A stretch of DNA of 64,000 bases from Pedosphaera sp. (GTDB taxonomy: Bacteria; Verrucomicrobiota; Verrucomicrobiia; Limisphaerales; SIBH01): assembly GCA_031414955.1 (NCBI GenBank), contig JANOQV010000056.1:32001-96000 (forward strand), read 5' to 3'. Made by a program: the position numbers and the translations under genes. The notes beneath the pieces are model-generated. The model worked only from the letters and a program-made list of their open reading frames with translations, ran no database searches and was not told where the DNA came from. This document shows, piece after piece, positions 17,472-27,309 of the stretch. Position 1 is the first letter of the stretch, and every line of letters starts with the position of its first letter.

Positions 17472-19949
17472 TCATTGGGACTGCCTTGCCCCTCCAACCT
17501 CAATCCACGCCAGCAAGTCCAGAATCTCCTCGCGCGTCAGCGTGTCGAGCAGGCCGCCGGACATGGGCGAAACTTCGGACACGCGCTGGGCGGCGATGTC
17601 GGCCTTCGTCAACTTCCGCCGCTGATCAGGATCGACGGGATTGATGGCCAGCGTGAGCGACTTCGCATCTTCGCCCACGATGCGGCCGTCGTGAATCGCG
17701 CCGGACTTCAAGGTCACCGTCACGCTGCGGTAATTTTCCGCGATGACGCGCGAAGGCTCGACGATGCTTTCAAGCAAGGCTCTCCGATCGAAGCGCGAAG
17801 AAACTGCCGTGAGATCAGGACCGACGAATCCGCCTTCGTGGCCGAGCCGGTGGCACTGGGCGCAACCCGCCTCGGAGTACAGCCGTTGGCCCCGCGCGGC
17901 ATCACGCGCCCCAGGGTTGGTCAGCGCCGGTTCCAAATCCGCCATCGTCCACTCCTTCACCAACTGCCGGGCGGCGGTCGTCGGCGCGGGTGCAGGCGGT
18001 TTGTCCAACACCGCGAAAGTATCCTGCAAGGCAGCGCGCTCATCCGGCGTGAGCGTGGACTCTGCGTCGGCGCGGATGTAGTTGAGCGCGGTGGGCAGCA
18101 TATTCGCGCCGTTGAACTCGCGTCGCGCGCGGCCGAGCCACTCGAAGTAGGTCTTTCGGTTCGCGATCGACCAACCGTTCGTCACCGACCGCAACGTGAA
18201 CAGGTAATGGAACTTCTCCTCCTGGGTCACGGCGGTGGCGAGCATCGGGATCGTTTTGCCGACGACGTTCGTTGAGCCGAGATAGACGAGCAGTTCGCAC
18301 AGCGACTGGTTCACGCGCGCATCGGTCGCAGGAAACATTGGCTCCCACGCGGCCAGCGTGCGTCCGGCGAGAATCGCGTCCGGTGCTCCCTGCCGAATGA
18401 AGCTGACGGCCAGCGCACGGATGGCGATGAGTTGCTGGTCGGCGTTGAGCCGGGTGTTACTGAGTTCGATGAGGCGCAAAACTATTCTGTCGCGCCATTG
18501 GCCATCAGCGCAGCGGCTCAAGGCGAGCAGCGCCGTGAGAGCCGCATTGCGTTTTGATTCAGTGAGCGCGCGTTCGGACCAAAGGCCGACGGGCTGACCC
18601 TCCAGTTCCACCCGCCCAGCGTATCGGACCCAGTGATCGGAATCGTCGAGGCGTGACCACAAATCATCCGCGGAGCGCCGAGCATCGCTCGGCTCGGGTT
18701 TTGGCGAGACCGGCCGAGCGATGCTCGGCGCTCCAATCCAACTCACGCGATACAATCCCGACTGCGTCCGCCGACCGCCCGTGGTGAAATACATCGCGCC
18801 ATCGAGGCCGAACTCCAGCCCGGTCACGTTCAGCGGGCGGCCTTTCAGGAACACTTCACTGCGCCCGCCGTAGCTCGCGCCGTGTTGGGCCAGATGCACG
18901 GCGATGATTTTTCCGTAGGACCAGTCCTGGATGAACAGCGCGCTGCGCCACGGCTCGGGCCAGTTGCTTTTCGTGCCGAACTTGATCGCCGTCGGCGAAC
19001 TCACGCCGATGTCCACCGCACTCGGCAGCGTGTCCGGCGACCACACGGGCAGCACGCCCGTGCCGCGACGCCAGCCGTAATCGCCGCCCGGCACCAGGTG
19101 CAGCACGCGCGTCGGATGATACCACGACAGGCCCACGTCCCATTCCATGTCCGCGTCGAAGGTGAACACATCGCCCGCCGCGTTGAAGTCGAGGCCGAAG
19201 GGATTGCGCAGCCCGCCCGCCATCACTTCCCACGTCTGGCCGTCGCGGTCGGTGCGAACGAGATGGCCGAATGGCATCGAGGCACTGGCATTGAACAGAT
19301 GCTTGTCCCAGGCGCACGGCAGCAATCGATCCTCCGCGTAATGCCGCAGCGGCGAACTGGCCGAGATGCCATTCGTCGGCAGGCCCACGTCATCCCCGTG
19401 AATGCTGTAGATGAAACCGTCCGGCCCGAGCGCGAGCTGGTTGCGCCCATGCCCGACGCCGCCCGGCGTGGGGCGCAACACCTTGAGGTCGTCGAACTGA
19501 TCGTCGCCGTCCGTGTCGCGCAGGCGGACGAGCGCCTTCGAGTTGTTGGCGTTCGCGTAAAGAGCGCCGTACGCGAAGAGCAGCCCGCGACATTCGAGCA
19601 GGTTGGTGTTGATGGTCTCGACGCGGGTGACAGCGGAGCGGTTCGTCGCCAGCGTCAGGCGCAACAGCCCGCGATCCTCACGCGCGATGACGACGCGGCC
19701 CTTGGGATCAAAAGCCATCGCGACCCAGGAGCCTTCATTCGTCTGCGCCGAACGGATGAGTTCCACCTTGAAGCCGGGCAAGGCCGTGATGTGCCCGGCC
19801 TGCGTGGCGAGATTTGTCCCGAGCGCCTGCTTCCACTGGTTGTAGTCTTCCTCGAGGATCGCTTTGGCACCGAAGGTGACGTTGGTCATCACCAAGCTGA
19901 GAGCGGTGCCCAGGGTTGCGGCGACTCGGGCGTAGAATACCGGCGTCAT
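17472..19949 (-). CDS. PVC-type membrane-bound dehydrogenase-like beta-propeller protein with c-type heme domain
   Basis: GLRNPFGLDF, DADMEWD, CAQCH, GPDLT, SIVEPS, SPMSGGL. Confidence 0.88.
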   Translation of the reverse strand: MTPVFYARVAATLGTALSLVMTNVTFGAKAILEEDYNQWKQALGTNLATQAGHITALPGFKVELIRSAQTNEGSWVAMAFDPKGRVVIAREDRGLLRLTLATNRSAVTRVETINTNLLECRGLLFAYGALYANANNSKALVRLRDTDGDDQFDDLKVLRPTPGGVGHGRNQLALGPDGFIYSIHGDDVGLPTNGISASSPLRHYAEDRLLPCAWDKHLFNASASMPFGHLVRTDRDGQTWEVMAGGLRNPFGLDFNAAGDVFTFDADMEWDVGLSWYHPTRVLHLVPGGDYGWRRGTGVLPVWSPDTLPSAVDIGVSSPTAIKFGTKSNWPEPWRSALFIQDWSYGKIIAVHLAQHGASYGGRSEVFLKGRPLNVTGLEFGLDGAMYFTTGGRRTQSGLYRVSWIGAPSIARPVSPKPEPSDARRSADDLWSRLDDSDHWVRYAGRVELEGQPVGLWSERALTESKRNAALTALLALSRCADGQWRDRIVLRLIELSNTRLNADQQLIAIRALAVSFIRQGAPDAILAGRTLAAWEPMFPATDARVNQSLCELLVYLGSTNVVGKTIPMLATAVTQEEKFHYLFTLRSVTNGWSIANRKTYFEWLGRARREFNGANMLPTALNYIRADAESTLTPDERAALQDTFAVLDKPPAPAPTTAARQLVKEWTMADLEPALTNPGARDAARGQRLYSEAGCAQCHRLGHEGGFVGPDLTAVSSRFDRRALLESIVEPSRVIAENYRSVTVTLKSGAIHDGRIVGEDAKSLTLAINPVDPDQRRKLTKADIAAQRVSEVSPMSGGLLDTLTREEILDLLAWIEVGGARQSQ

Positions 19950-21475
19950 GGTTTTGCCTCGTTAAGAAGATCAGAAATCACGCCACGAATCTTCGGCTCC
20001 GCTTCGCGTTCCAGATAACTGCTCCTTGCGCGCCACGTCGTGTAGCCGCCGAGCGGGAATTGATCCGGCGGCGGCAGGTAGCCGTGATAGCCGTTGGCCA
20101 GGCCGACGACCATCGTAAGCGGGAACGGGCTGGCCTTTTTGATCGCGAGGCCAGTGCTGCCGAAGGTTTCGCAAGGCACGGCGGCGAGGGCGAAGTCGCC
20201 GATCGTCACTGCCTGCAAAATGATTTCCTTGGTCGCGGGCCAATCGGCCAGAAGCGTGGTTTCGCGCGCGTAGTTTTCCTCCCAGCTGCGCGTCGGGCGG
20301 TTGATAACCTTCGTGGCGAGATACTCGCGGGCCTCGGCGAGTTGCGCGGGCGCAGGCCGGCGCACGCCGAGGGTGAGAGGCCGCGTGATGGCACGCAACG
20401 GCACCGCGTCGTGATACTTCATCCCGGCCAGGGTCTTGAGCGCCGCACCGGCCACGGCCTTGGCAACGACAGGCGGCGTGGCCACCCAGTTGGTCTTGGT
20501 GAAGTCGATTGGATTGGCGTCGCCGCTGGTGCCGTTGCTCATCAGTGCGACGAAGTTTGTCTCCGCCTTCAGCTCTTGCGCCATCACCCGGCAGAACTCA
20601 CCGAAGTAGTCGGCGGAAATTTCCCCCGACGGCGCACTGGCGTAGTGCGTCGAATAATTTGCCAGCAGTCCGAGCGGCCGACCGTCACGGGTCTGCACCG
20701 AAAGGACGGTGACCGCCGGATCGACCGGGCCAGTCTGGCGGATCTTGTTCGTATTGCCGAAGCCGGGATTCATCATGGCGAGGTTCGTGGCCGCGCCGGT
20801 GAAAGAGGAATTCAAAGTATTCGCCGTGCCGGGCCGCATGAGCCAGCGGCGGCAATGCACGAACTCCGGCAGATCGCTGCTGCCCCAGCCCGCGCGCGCG
20901 GGCTGCAAGTTCTTCCACGCCTGCACGATGCTCCCGGCGATGCGCGGCACGAGCCAGGCGCGATACTCCGGCTCGGGATCGTTGCCGTGGCAGCCATACA
21001 CGCACGGCGCGGTGTGAGTGTGCGTGGAGGAAATCATCATGTTGGAGACGGAAATGCCGGTGGCCCGGCTGGCGATGGCCTTGGCCGCATCGAGGTCCTC
21101 CCGCGCCACCATGCAACTGTCCACCACCGCCAGCGCAAGCGCCGTCACGCCGTCCTCGAGCACGATGGCGCGCGAGTGCAGCGGGTCGTGAACTATACTG
21201 ACGAGGGTGAGGGTGAGATTGCCGGCGGTGCGAATGGGCAGATTCGTCGGAGTGATGTCGATGAGGGCGGCACCGGCGCGCAAGGAGGCGCCTTTGGCGG
21301 AAACACCAAACATCAAAAAACAAACACCAAAAAAACAGCAAACAGCAAACAGCAACCGATTCTGCACGAACGGACATTCAGAGGCGCCGGGCGTTGCGCC
21401 CGCTCGTGGTCCCATGTTGGAACTTGGAGCTTGGTGTTTCTCTGATGTTTGAAGTTTGGTGTTTGATGTTTTCAT
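19946..21475 (-). CDS. Neutral/alkaline ceramidase-like hydrolase
   Basis: AGAALIDITP, HDPLHSRAIVL, STHTHTAP, NYSTHY, GLANGYHGYLP. Confidence 0.75.
   Translation of the reverse strand: MKTSNTKLQTSEKHQAPSSNMGPRAGATPGASECPFVQNRLLFAVCCFFGVCFLMFGVSAKGASLRAGAALIDITPTNLPIRTAGNLTLTLVSIVHDPLHSRAIVLEDGVTALALAVVDSCMVAREDLDAAKAIASRATGISVSNMMISSTHTHTAPCVYGCHGNDPEPEYRAWLVPRIAGSIVQAWKNLQPARAGWGSSDLPEFVHCRRWLMRPGTANTLNSSFTGAATNLAMMNPGFGNTNKIRQTGPVDPAVTVLSVQTRDGRPLGLLANYSTHYASAPSGEISADYFGEFCRVMAQELKAETNFVALMSNGTSGDANPIDFTKTNWVATPPVVAKAVAGAALKTLAGMKYHDAVPLRAITRPLTLGVRRPAPAQLAEAREYLATKVINRPTRSWEENYARETTLLADWPATKEIILQAVTIGDFALAAVPCETFGSTGLAIKKASPFPLTMVVGLANGYHGYLPPPDQFPLGGYTTWRARSSYLEREAEPKIRGVISDLLNEAKP
21301..21472. 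repeat. Heptamer-repeat inverted element (AAACACC/AAACAGC arm / TTGGAGC-TTGGTGT arm)
   Basis: Read directly; same class as 9425-9557. Confidence 0.8.
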
Positions 21476-22434
21476 CGCTTCGCCTTCGCCAGCACCTCCG
21501 CAATCGTCACCACCTTGCCGCCCTGCCGCTTGCTCTCATCCGCCGCCTCCATGAAGGCGAACAGCTCGATGGTCTCGGCGGCCGACACGGGCGGCTGCTT
21601 AGTCTGGAAGAACTTCACGATCTCCACCACGAGCGGCGTGTAGCCATCGAACGCGCCGACGGGTGACTCGCCCTTTTCGCCCATAGCCTTGCCGCCGTAC
21701 TTCGAGTCTTCGCGAAAGGTGCCGGTGCGCCCGCCCTTCCACTGGCCCACGACCTCGATTTTGCCTTCGGCGGTCTTGCGGCGCTCGACGGTTTCGCAGC
21801 CGATGCCCATGACGGTGAAGAGCGATTCGCAACCATGAACGCCATACCAGAAAAGATCGGGATGGTGCGAGTCGAGACTGGCCGGACTGGTGGTCTCGGC
21901 GCTCAAGACCTTGCCGATGTTGCCGCCGCGCACGGCCTGCGAAGTCTTGGCATAGCGCAACGACGAGGAGCTGAAGATGGGCACGCCCGCCGCCTCGGCG
22001 AGACGGTAAATCTCCAGGGCGTCACGCAGTGTACCGGCCACGGGCTTGTCGATGTAGAGCGGCTTCTTCGCGGCGATGACGATGCGCGCCTGTTCGAGAT
22101 GCGGCCGGCCATCCACGGCTTCGATGAGCACGGCGTCCACGTTGGCGCAGACCTCCTGGATGGTGTCGTAAATCTTCACACCGTATTTGTCGCGCAAGGT
22201 CGTGGTGTAGCCTTCCACCCGGTCGATGCTCGACGGGATGTCGGCGCTGCCGCCCTTGAAGGCCGCGACCACGCGCGCGCCCGGCACATGGTCCTTGGCC
22301 TTGGGGTTGTTCAGCGTCTCGGTAAAGGCGGTGACGTGCGAAGTGTCGAGGCCGATGAGGCCGAGACGAATCTCAGCCGCCGGAGACAGCATGGGCGCAA
22401 GACAAGCGATGGAGATGGCGAACAGGTGTTTCAT
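21472..22434 (-). CDS. Gfo/Idh/MocA family oxidoreductase
   Basis: LGLIGLDTSH, YIDKPVA, FWYGVHG; signal peptide. Confidence 0.88.
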   Translation of the reverse strand: MKHLFAISIACLAPMLSPAAEIRLGLIGLDTSHVTAFTETLNNPKAKDHVPGARVVAAFKGGSADIPSSIDRVEGYTTTLRDKYGVKIYDTIQEVCANVDAVLIEAVDGRPHLEQARIVIAAKKPLYIDKPVAGTLRDALEIYRLAEAAGVPIFSSSSLRYAKTSQAVRGGNIGKVLSAETTSPASLDSHHPDLFWYGVHGCESLFTVMGIGCETVERRKTAEGKIEVVGQWKGGRTGTFREDSKYGGKAMGEKGESPVGAFDGYTPLVVEIVKFFQTKQPPVSAAETIELFAFMEAADESKRQGGKVVTIAEVLAKAKR

Positions 22435-22604
22435 GGCGCTGTTGGTAATTGAAAATGGGCGGCGTGTGAAGAGCGGTGTTGGATTAACCGGGCGCATGGG
22501 AAGTGCGGGTCGCCCAAATCCCGGAGCGCGGGTTTTCAACGCCCGCGCGCCGGTAAAAGATTTCTTTCGCCGTGACGGAACGTCGTCTTACGCTCGCGCG
22601 CCTC

Positions 22605-23546
22605 ATGCAAACGATTTCGCTGGGTTCCAGTTCGATGCCGGTCAGTCGCCTCGCCTACGGCTGCTGGCGCATCCTCGGTCCGGAAGGCGCGGCACTCGAC
22701 GCCGGACGCGAAGCCACCGCGCGCCAGGCCGTGCAGGCGGCCTGCGAAGCGGGCTTCACTTTCTTTGATCTGGCCGACGTGTACGCCGACGGCGCGGCGG
22801 AGCGCATTTTTGGCGAGGTGCTCAAGCAGACGCCCGGCCTGCGGGAGCGCGTGGTCATCACCACCAAGTGCGGCATCCGGCGCAAAGGCACACCCGCTCC
22901 TGACTCGCCGTATCGCTACGATTTTTCCGCCGAGTTCATTGTTCAGGCTTGTGAAGAGTCTCTCCAACGGCTGGGCGTGGAGACGATTGACGTGTTTCAA
23001 CTGCACCGGCCGGATTACCTGATGGACCCGGCGGAGGTGGCGGCGGCGTTCGTGAAGCTGAAGCAGCAAGGCAAGGTGCGGGAGTTCGGCGTGAGCAATT
23101 TTCGTCCGCAGCAACTGGCCTTGCTCCAGAAGGCCTGCCCGTTCCGGCTCGCGGTGCACCAGGTGGAGATGAGCCTGGCGAAGTTGGACTGCTTCGAAGA
23201 CGGCACTCTGGAGCAGTGCCTCGGGGAGAACATCACGCCGATGGCCTGGAGTCCGTTGGGCGGCGGACGGCTCGCGGACACGCTGCCCATCGACATCAAC
23301 GGTCCCGACCACGCGCGGCGCATCGGCGTGCGCGAAACGCTGGATGACATCGCGCGTGATCACCAAGTGGCGCGTCCGCTCGTCGCGCTGGCCTGGCTGC
23401 TAAAACATCCGGCGGGGATCATCCCCGTGATCGGCAGCGCCCGGCCCGAGCATATTCGCGAACAGGCCAAAGCTGGGGAGGTGAAACTTTCGCGGGATGA
23501 ATGGTACCGGCTGATGGAAGCGGCGCGCGGCGCGCGGCTGCCTTGA
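22605..23546 (+). CDS. Aldo/keto reductase (YdhF-like)
   Basis: LAYGCWR, FDLADVY, TKCGI, LHRPD, GVSNF, AWSPLGGG. Confidence 0.92.
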   Translation: MQTISLGSSSMPVSRLAYGCWRILGPEGAALDAGREATARQAVQAACEAGFTFFDLADVYADGAAERIFGEVLKQTPGLRERVVITTKCGIRRKGTPAPDSPYRYDFSAEFIVQACEESLQRLGVETIDVFQLHRPDYLMDPAEVAAAFVKLKQQGKVREFGVSNFRPQQLALLQKACPFRLAVHQVEMSLAKLDCFEDGTLEQCLGENITPMAWSPLGGGRLADTLPIDINGPDHARRIGVRETLDDIARDHQVARPLVALAWLLKHPAGIIPVIGSARPEHIREQAKAGEVKLSRDEWYRLMEAARGARLP

Positions 23547-23564
23547 ATTGATCCCGGTTTTCTT

Positions 23565-24632
23565 GTGAGCACATCCCACGCATCCCACCTCACGCCTGCT
23601 GCCCTCGGCTATCGCATGCCCGCCGAGTGGGAGCCGCATCTCGGCACCTGGTTCTCCTGGCCGCGACCGGAGGGCATCAGCTTTCCCGGCAAGTACGACA
23701 CCGTGCCGCCGGTCTATGCGGAGTTGATCCGGCACCTGGTCGCGGTGGAAGAGGTCCACATCAATGTCTGGCACGCGGAGATGGAGGCGTGGGTGCGCGG
23801 ATTGCTGCAGGCTCAGGGCACGCCGTTGGAACGCGTTCACTTCCATCACTTCCCAGCTTACGAACCTTGGTGCCGCGATCACGGGCCGATCTTTGTCGTG
23901 CGAGAGAGTCAGGGACGCCGCGAGCGCGCGGTGGTGGATTGGGGCTACAACGCCTGGGGCGGCAAGTATCCGCCCTTCGATCTGGATGATGCTGTGCCGC
24001 AACATGTGGCCAAGTTGCGCGGCCTGCCGCTGTTCTCGCCCGGCATCGTGATGGAAGGCGGTTCGATCGAAGTGAACGGCTGCGGCACGTTGCTCACGAC
24101 CGAGGCGTGCCTGTTGAACCCGAACCGCAACCCGCACCTGAACCAGGCGCAAATCGAGCAGCACCTGCGCGATTATCTCGGCGTGACGAACATTCTCTGG
24201 CTGGGCGAAGGCATCGTGGGCGACGACACCGACGGCCACATCGATGACCTGACGCGATTCGTGAACCCGACCACGGTGGTGACTGTGGTCGAGCCGGACC
24301 CGGCGGACGAAAACCACGAGCCGCTGCGTGAAAACCTGGAGCGGCTGCGCACCTTGAAGGATCAGGACGGCCGGCTCTTGCGCATCGTGGAACTGCCCAT
24401 GCCGCGCCGCCTGGAACACGAAGGGCAGCGCCTGCCGGCCAGCTACGCGAACTTCTACCTCGCCAACGGCCTGGTGCTGGTGCCGACTTACCGCGATCCA
24501 AACGACCGCGAGGCGCTGGAGATTCTCCAGCGCGAGTTCCCCGCGCACCGGGTGGTCGGGCTGGATTCAATGGAGCTGATCTGGGGGTTGGGTTCCTTCC
24601 ACTGCATCTCGCAGCAGGAGCCTGCGCCGTAG
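23565..24632 (+). CDS. Agmatine/peptidylarginine deiminase family protein
   Basis: MPAEWEPH, WCRDHGP, EGGSIEVNG, DDTDGHIDD, ASYANF, GSFHCISQQ. Confidence 0.95.
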   Translation: MSTSHASHLTPAALGYRMPAEWEPHLGTWFSWPRPEGISFPGKYDTVPPVYAELIRHLVAVEEVHINVWHAEMEAWVRGLLQAQGTPLERVHFHHFPAYEPWCRDHGPIFVVRESQGRRERAVVDWGYNAWGGKYPPFDLDDAVPQHVAKLRGLPLFSPGIVMEGGSIEVNGCGTLLTTEACLLNPNRNPHLNQAQIEQHLRDYLGVTNILWLGEGIVGDDTDGHIDDLTRFVNPTTVVTVVEPDPADENHEPLRENLERLRTLKDQDGRLLRIVELPMPRRLEHEGQRLPASYANFYLANGLVLVPTYRDPNDREALEILQREFPAHRVVGLDSMELIWGLGSFHCISQQEPAP

Positions 24633-24745
24633 TTGCCGCGCGGCGCGGCGCGATCCCCCGCTACCGTCACGGGGACTCCCTGATGCCCGGCTTGGCGGAT
24701 TGCCCGATACCGGCCGGCCCCGGCGACAGGTAGGCTATTCCCGGA

Positions 24746-25024
24746 ATGATTTTGGAAGTCGGTGAAGTTATCGAGGAGCTGCTTTGCTATCTCTCGATGT
24801 GCTACCCGTCCGTGCAGTGGCAAGTCACGCACGGGCTGGAGCAGGCCAGTCCCGAACCCATCATCCACATCACGGCCCGGCGACACCCTTTTCAACCCCT
24901 GGAATCGATGGTGCAATGCAGTTTCCGGCTCTGGGAGTCCATGGACCCGGTTACAGGCAGGATCGAAGCGGCCGTCTGGTCGCGCTGGGCCATGAAGACG
25001 CTGGAAGTGTTGCAGCATGCCTGA
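24746..25024 (+). CDS. Hypothetical protein
   Basis: 92-aa ORF filling an intergenic gap; no motif recognised. Confidence 0.35.
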   Translation: MILEVGEVIEELLCYLSMCYPSVQWQVTHGLEQASPEPIIHITARRHPFQPLESMVQCSFRLWESMDPVTGRIEAAVWSRWAMKTLEVLQHA

Positions 25025-25063
25025 GCAGTTCGCCGGCGTCCGCCGGAGAAACGGCCAGCGCAC

Positions 25064-27268
25064 TTACGGGGCACGGATGAGGACGGATCCGTTGTGGCGA
25101 CCCAGGCCGAAGTAGCCGGCCGCGATATTGCTGCTCTGCAAGACCGCGCCGCGCAACGGCGTGAGCGAGAGGGACACCGGATGAGTAAAACTGCCCGTGA
25201 GCAGGCCGGTCTCATCCGCCACCGCGAGGGAGATGTTGTTGGTGTTCGAGGGAATGGTGAAGGTGCCGTCCGGGTTGAGCAGCAGTTGGGCGCTAATCGG
25301 CGCGGCCAGCCCTCCCTCGGCCAGTTCGACGACGCCGTTGGTCCATGGAAACAACCGGGCCTGCGAGGGCGGCGTGTAAGGCGAAACCGACCACCGCACG
25401 GTCACGTTGGTGTTTCCAGGGAAATCAGGGTTGAACCAGCTCACCGTGGTATCGATGACATGATTGCTGTTGAACAATCCGAAGCCCAGCACTCCACCCC
25501 CTCCGAAGTACGCCGGGGCGAAGAGCGGCCAGCGCTCGCCTTGGAGGATGGAAGCGCGCTGCTTTATTGATTCCCCGTCGCCCAGCTTGCCCGACATGGT
25601 AATCCGACCGGACGGGCTCACGACCATGGTGCCGTGGCCGTAACCGTCGCCCGCAAGAAAGTTCGTGTCGCGAGTCGGGGAGAGCAGATAGGTATAGCGC
25701 CCGGTCGAGACGGCGTGATTGGTGCCGGTGAATCTCTGCACCCGGAAGAGCACGCCGGCCGCAGTGACGTGACCCTTCGAATAATCGGCCAAGATGGCCT
25801 CCGTGCCTTCGACGTATCTCAGGACCAGAATGAGTCGATCCAGGCCAACTTCCCCAGAGATGAGGCTACGGCCGCTGGGGGCGAAAGTGCCCCGGGTTTC
25901 ATAACTTGCCCCCAACGGAGCCAACCGCCCGTTGTACTCGCCCCAAGAGGTCAGGTTTAGGGACAGCCAGCCCAGGCTGGACTTGGGACCGCTGCCCTTG
26001 GGGAAAAACAGGCCGTGATAAGTGCCCTGAGGCTGGCCCAACAGCGTGTCGGAGAAACGCGCCGAGACGGAAAGGTTCTCGCTCATGCGGAACCCAATCG
26101 AGCGGACATTGGCGAAGATATCGCCGCGCCAGCCCAGAAAATACTTGCCCGGGCTGGGCCGGGCCTGGAGGTAGTAATTCACTCCGGCCTTCAGGATCTG
26201 GCCGTTGGTCGGTCCGCTGGTGTGCCCGGGCCCATCCACGTTCAAATGGAGGGGCGTGTAGAGCAGATAAAAAACTTTCCGCTTTTGCGGCGCGGACCGA
26301 TTGCCGAAGGCATCCACGCTCCAGACGACGAAATCGTTGGTGCCAGGAAACAGTTTCAAGACGGTGGACCAGTTCGTGGCCCCGGGGCTGGTGACAAATC
26401 CGTAGGGCATCTGAAAAAGAATTCGATCCACGGTGGTGTCATCACCCGACGTGCCGCTTACGGTGAGGCTTTCGTTCGTGGTCTCCAAGTCGGTCGTGGC
26501 GTCGAGGGTGAGGGCCGGACTGTTGAACTCGTGCGGGCGGCCATTCGTGAGGACCAAAGCCTGGACCACGAACAGATCTCGATACCGGGGCTGGGTCAGG
26601 CGGTTGGTGTTGACCGGCAAAGACTCAAATAAATCCGCCGGACGGGCCACGCCTACGCCACGAATCCCATGCCCGCTCGAGAGGGTGTTGAAAAAGTTCA
26701 GCAAGTTGGTCCCATTCTCCGGGCCCGTCGTGTTCACGACATGGCCAAAGACGGTAAACCCACCATCGACTGCATCCAGATTGGTGTTGTTGTTCAGGTT
26801 GAAGAAGAACTGCGCATCCGCCGAGTTGGTCACCCCACCGACCCGCGCCATGGCGATGGTTCCATAGAGATTGCTCATTTCTGGTCCCACGCTGTACTCG
26901 TTGGTGATCCGGCCGAAGTTCGGTCCCGTGACATACGAGGCGAACGCTCTCCGACTGGCTGGATTGGGCACGGTGACATAGCCGCCCTGCATGACAAAAT
27001 TAGGCACCAAACGCTGCAAGACCAGGTTCGAATAACCGCCGCTGTAAACGTAGAGCAGGAAGTTCTTCACCGTCTCGGGCTTGTCCTGGTCGAACAGTTC
27101 CAGATCGAGGTGCCCAAAGTTTGTGCCGCCGGTCAAGAAATTGAAACGAACGATGGTGTTGCTTGAATTGATCACGGCTTGCGCGCGCGCATCCGGCCTG
27201 GCGACCAGGCCGCAGACCAGGGTCAGTATGAGAATCAGGTTTTTCACAATGGTGGCGAAGTCTAACAT
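25064..27268 (-). CDS. Secreted cyclophilin-type peptidyl-prolyl isomerase fused to Ig-like and beta-rich domains
   Basis: LELFDQDKPETVKNFLLY, RLVPNFVMQGG, GTIAMAR, QFFFNL, FTVFG. Confidence 0.85.
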   Translation of the reverse strand: MLDFATIVKNLILILTLVCGLVARPDARAQAVINSSNTIVRFNFLTGGTNFGHLDLELFDQDKPETVKNFLLYVYSGGYSNLVLQRLVPNFVMQGGYVTVPNPASRRAFASYVTGPNFGRITNEYSVGPEMSNLYGTIAMARVGGVTNSADAQFFFNLNNNTNLDAVDGGFTVFGHVVNTTGPENGTNLLNFFNTLSSGHGIRGVGVARPADLFESLPVNTNRLTQPRYRDLFVVQALVLTNGRPHEFNSPALTLDATTDLETTNESLTVSGTSGDDTTVDRILFQMPYGFVTSPGATNWSTVLKLFPGTNDFVVWSVDAFGNRSAPQKRKVFYLLYTPLHLNVDGPGHTSGPTNGQILKAGVNYYLQARPSPGKYFLGWRGDIFANVRSIGFRMSENLSVSARFSDTLLGQPQGTYHGLFFPKGSGPKSSLGWLSLNLTSWGEYNGRLAPLGASYETRGTFAPSGRSLISGEVGLDRLILVLRYVEGTEAILADYSKGHVTAAGVLFRVQRFTGTNHAVSTGRYTYLLSPTRDTNFLAGDGYGHGTMVVSPSGRITMSGKLGDGESIKQRASILQGERWPLFAPAYFGGGGVLGFGLFNSNHVIDTTVSWFNPDFPGNTNVTVRWSVSPYTPPSQARLFPWTNGVVELAEGGLAAPISAQLLLNPDGTFTIPSNTNNISLAVADETGLLTGSFTHPVSLSLTPLRGAVLQSSNIAAGYFGLGRHNGSVLIRAP

Positions 27269-27309
27269 GGATTTTGGCCGTGACAACGGTGGGCCGGGGC
27301 GGGCCAAGA

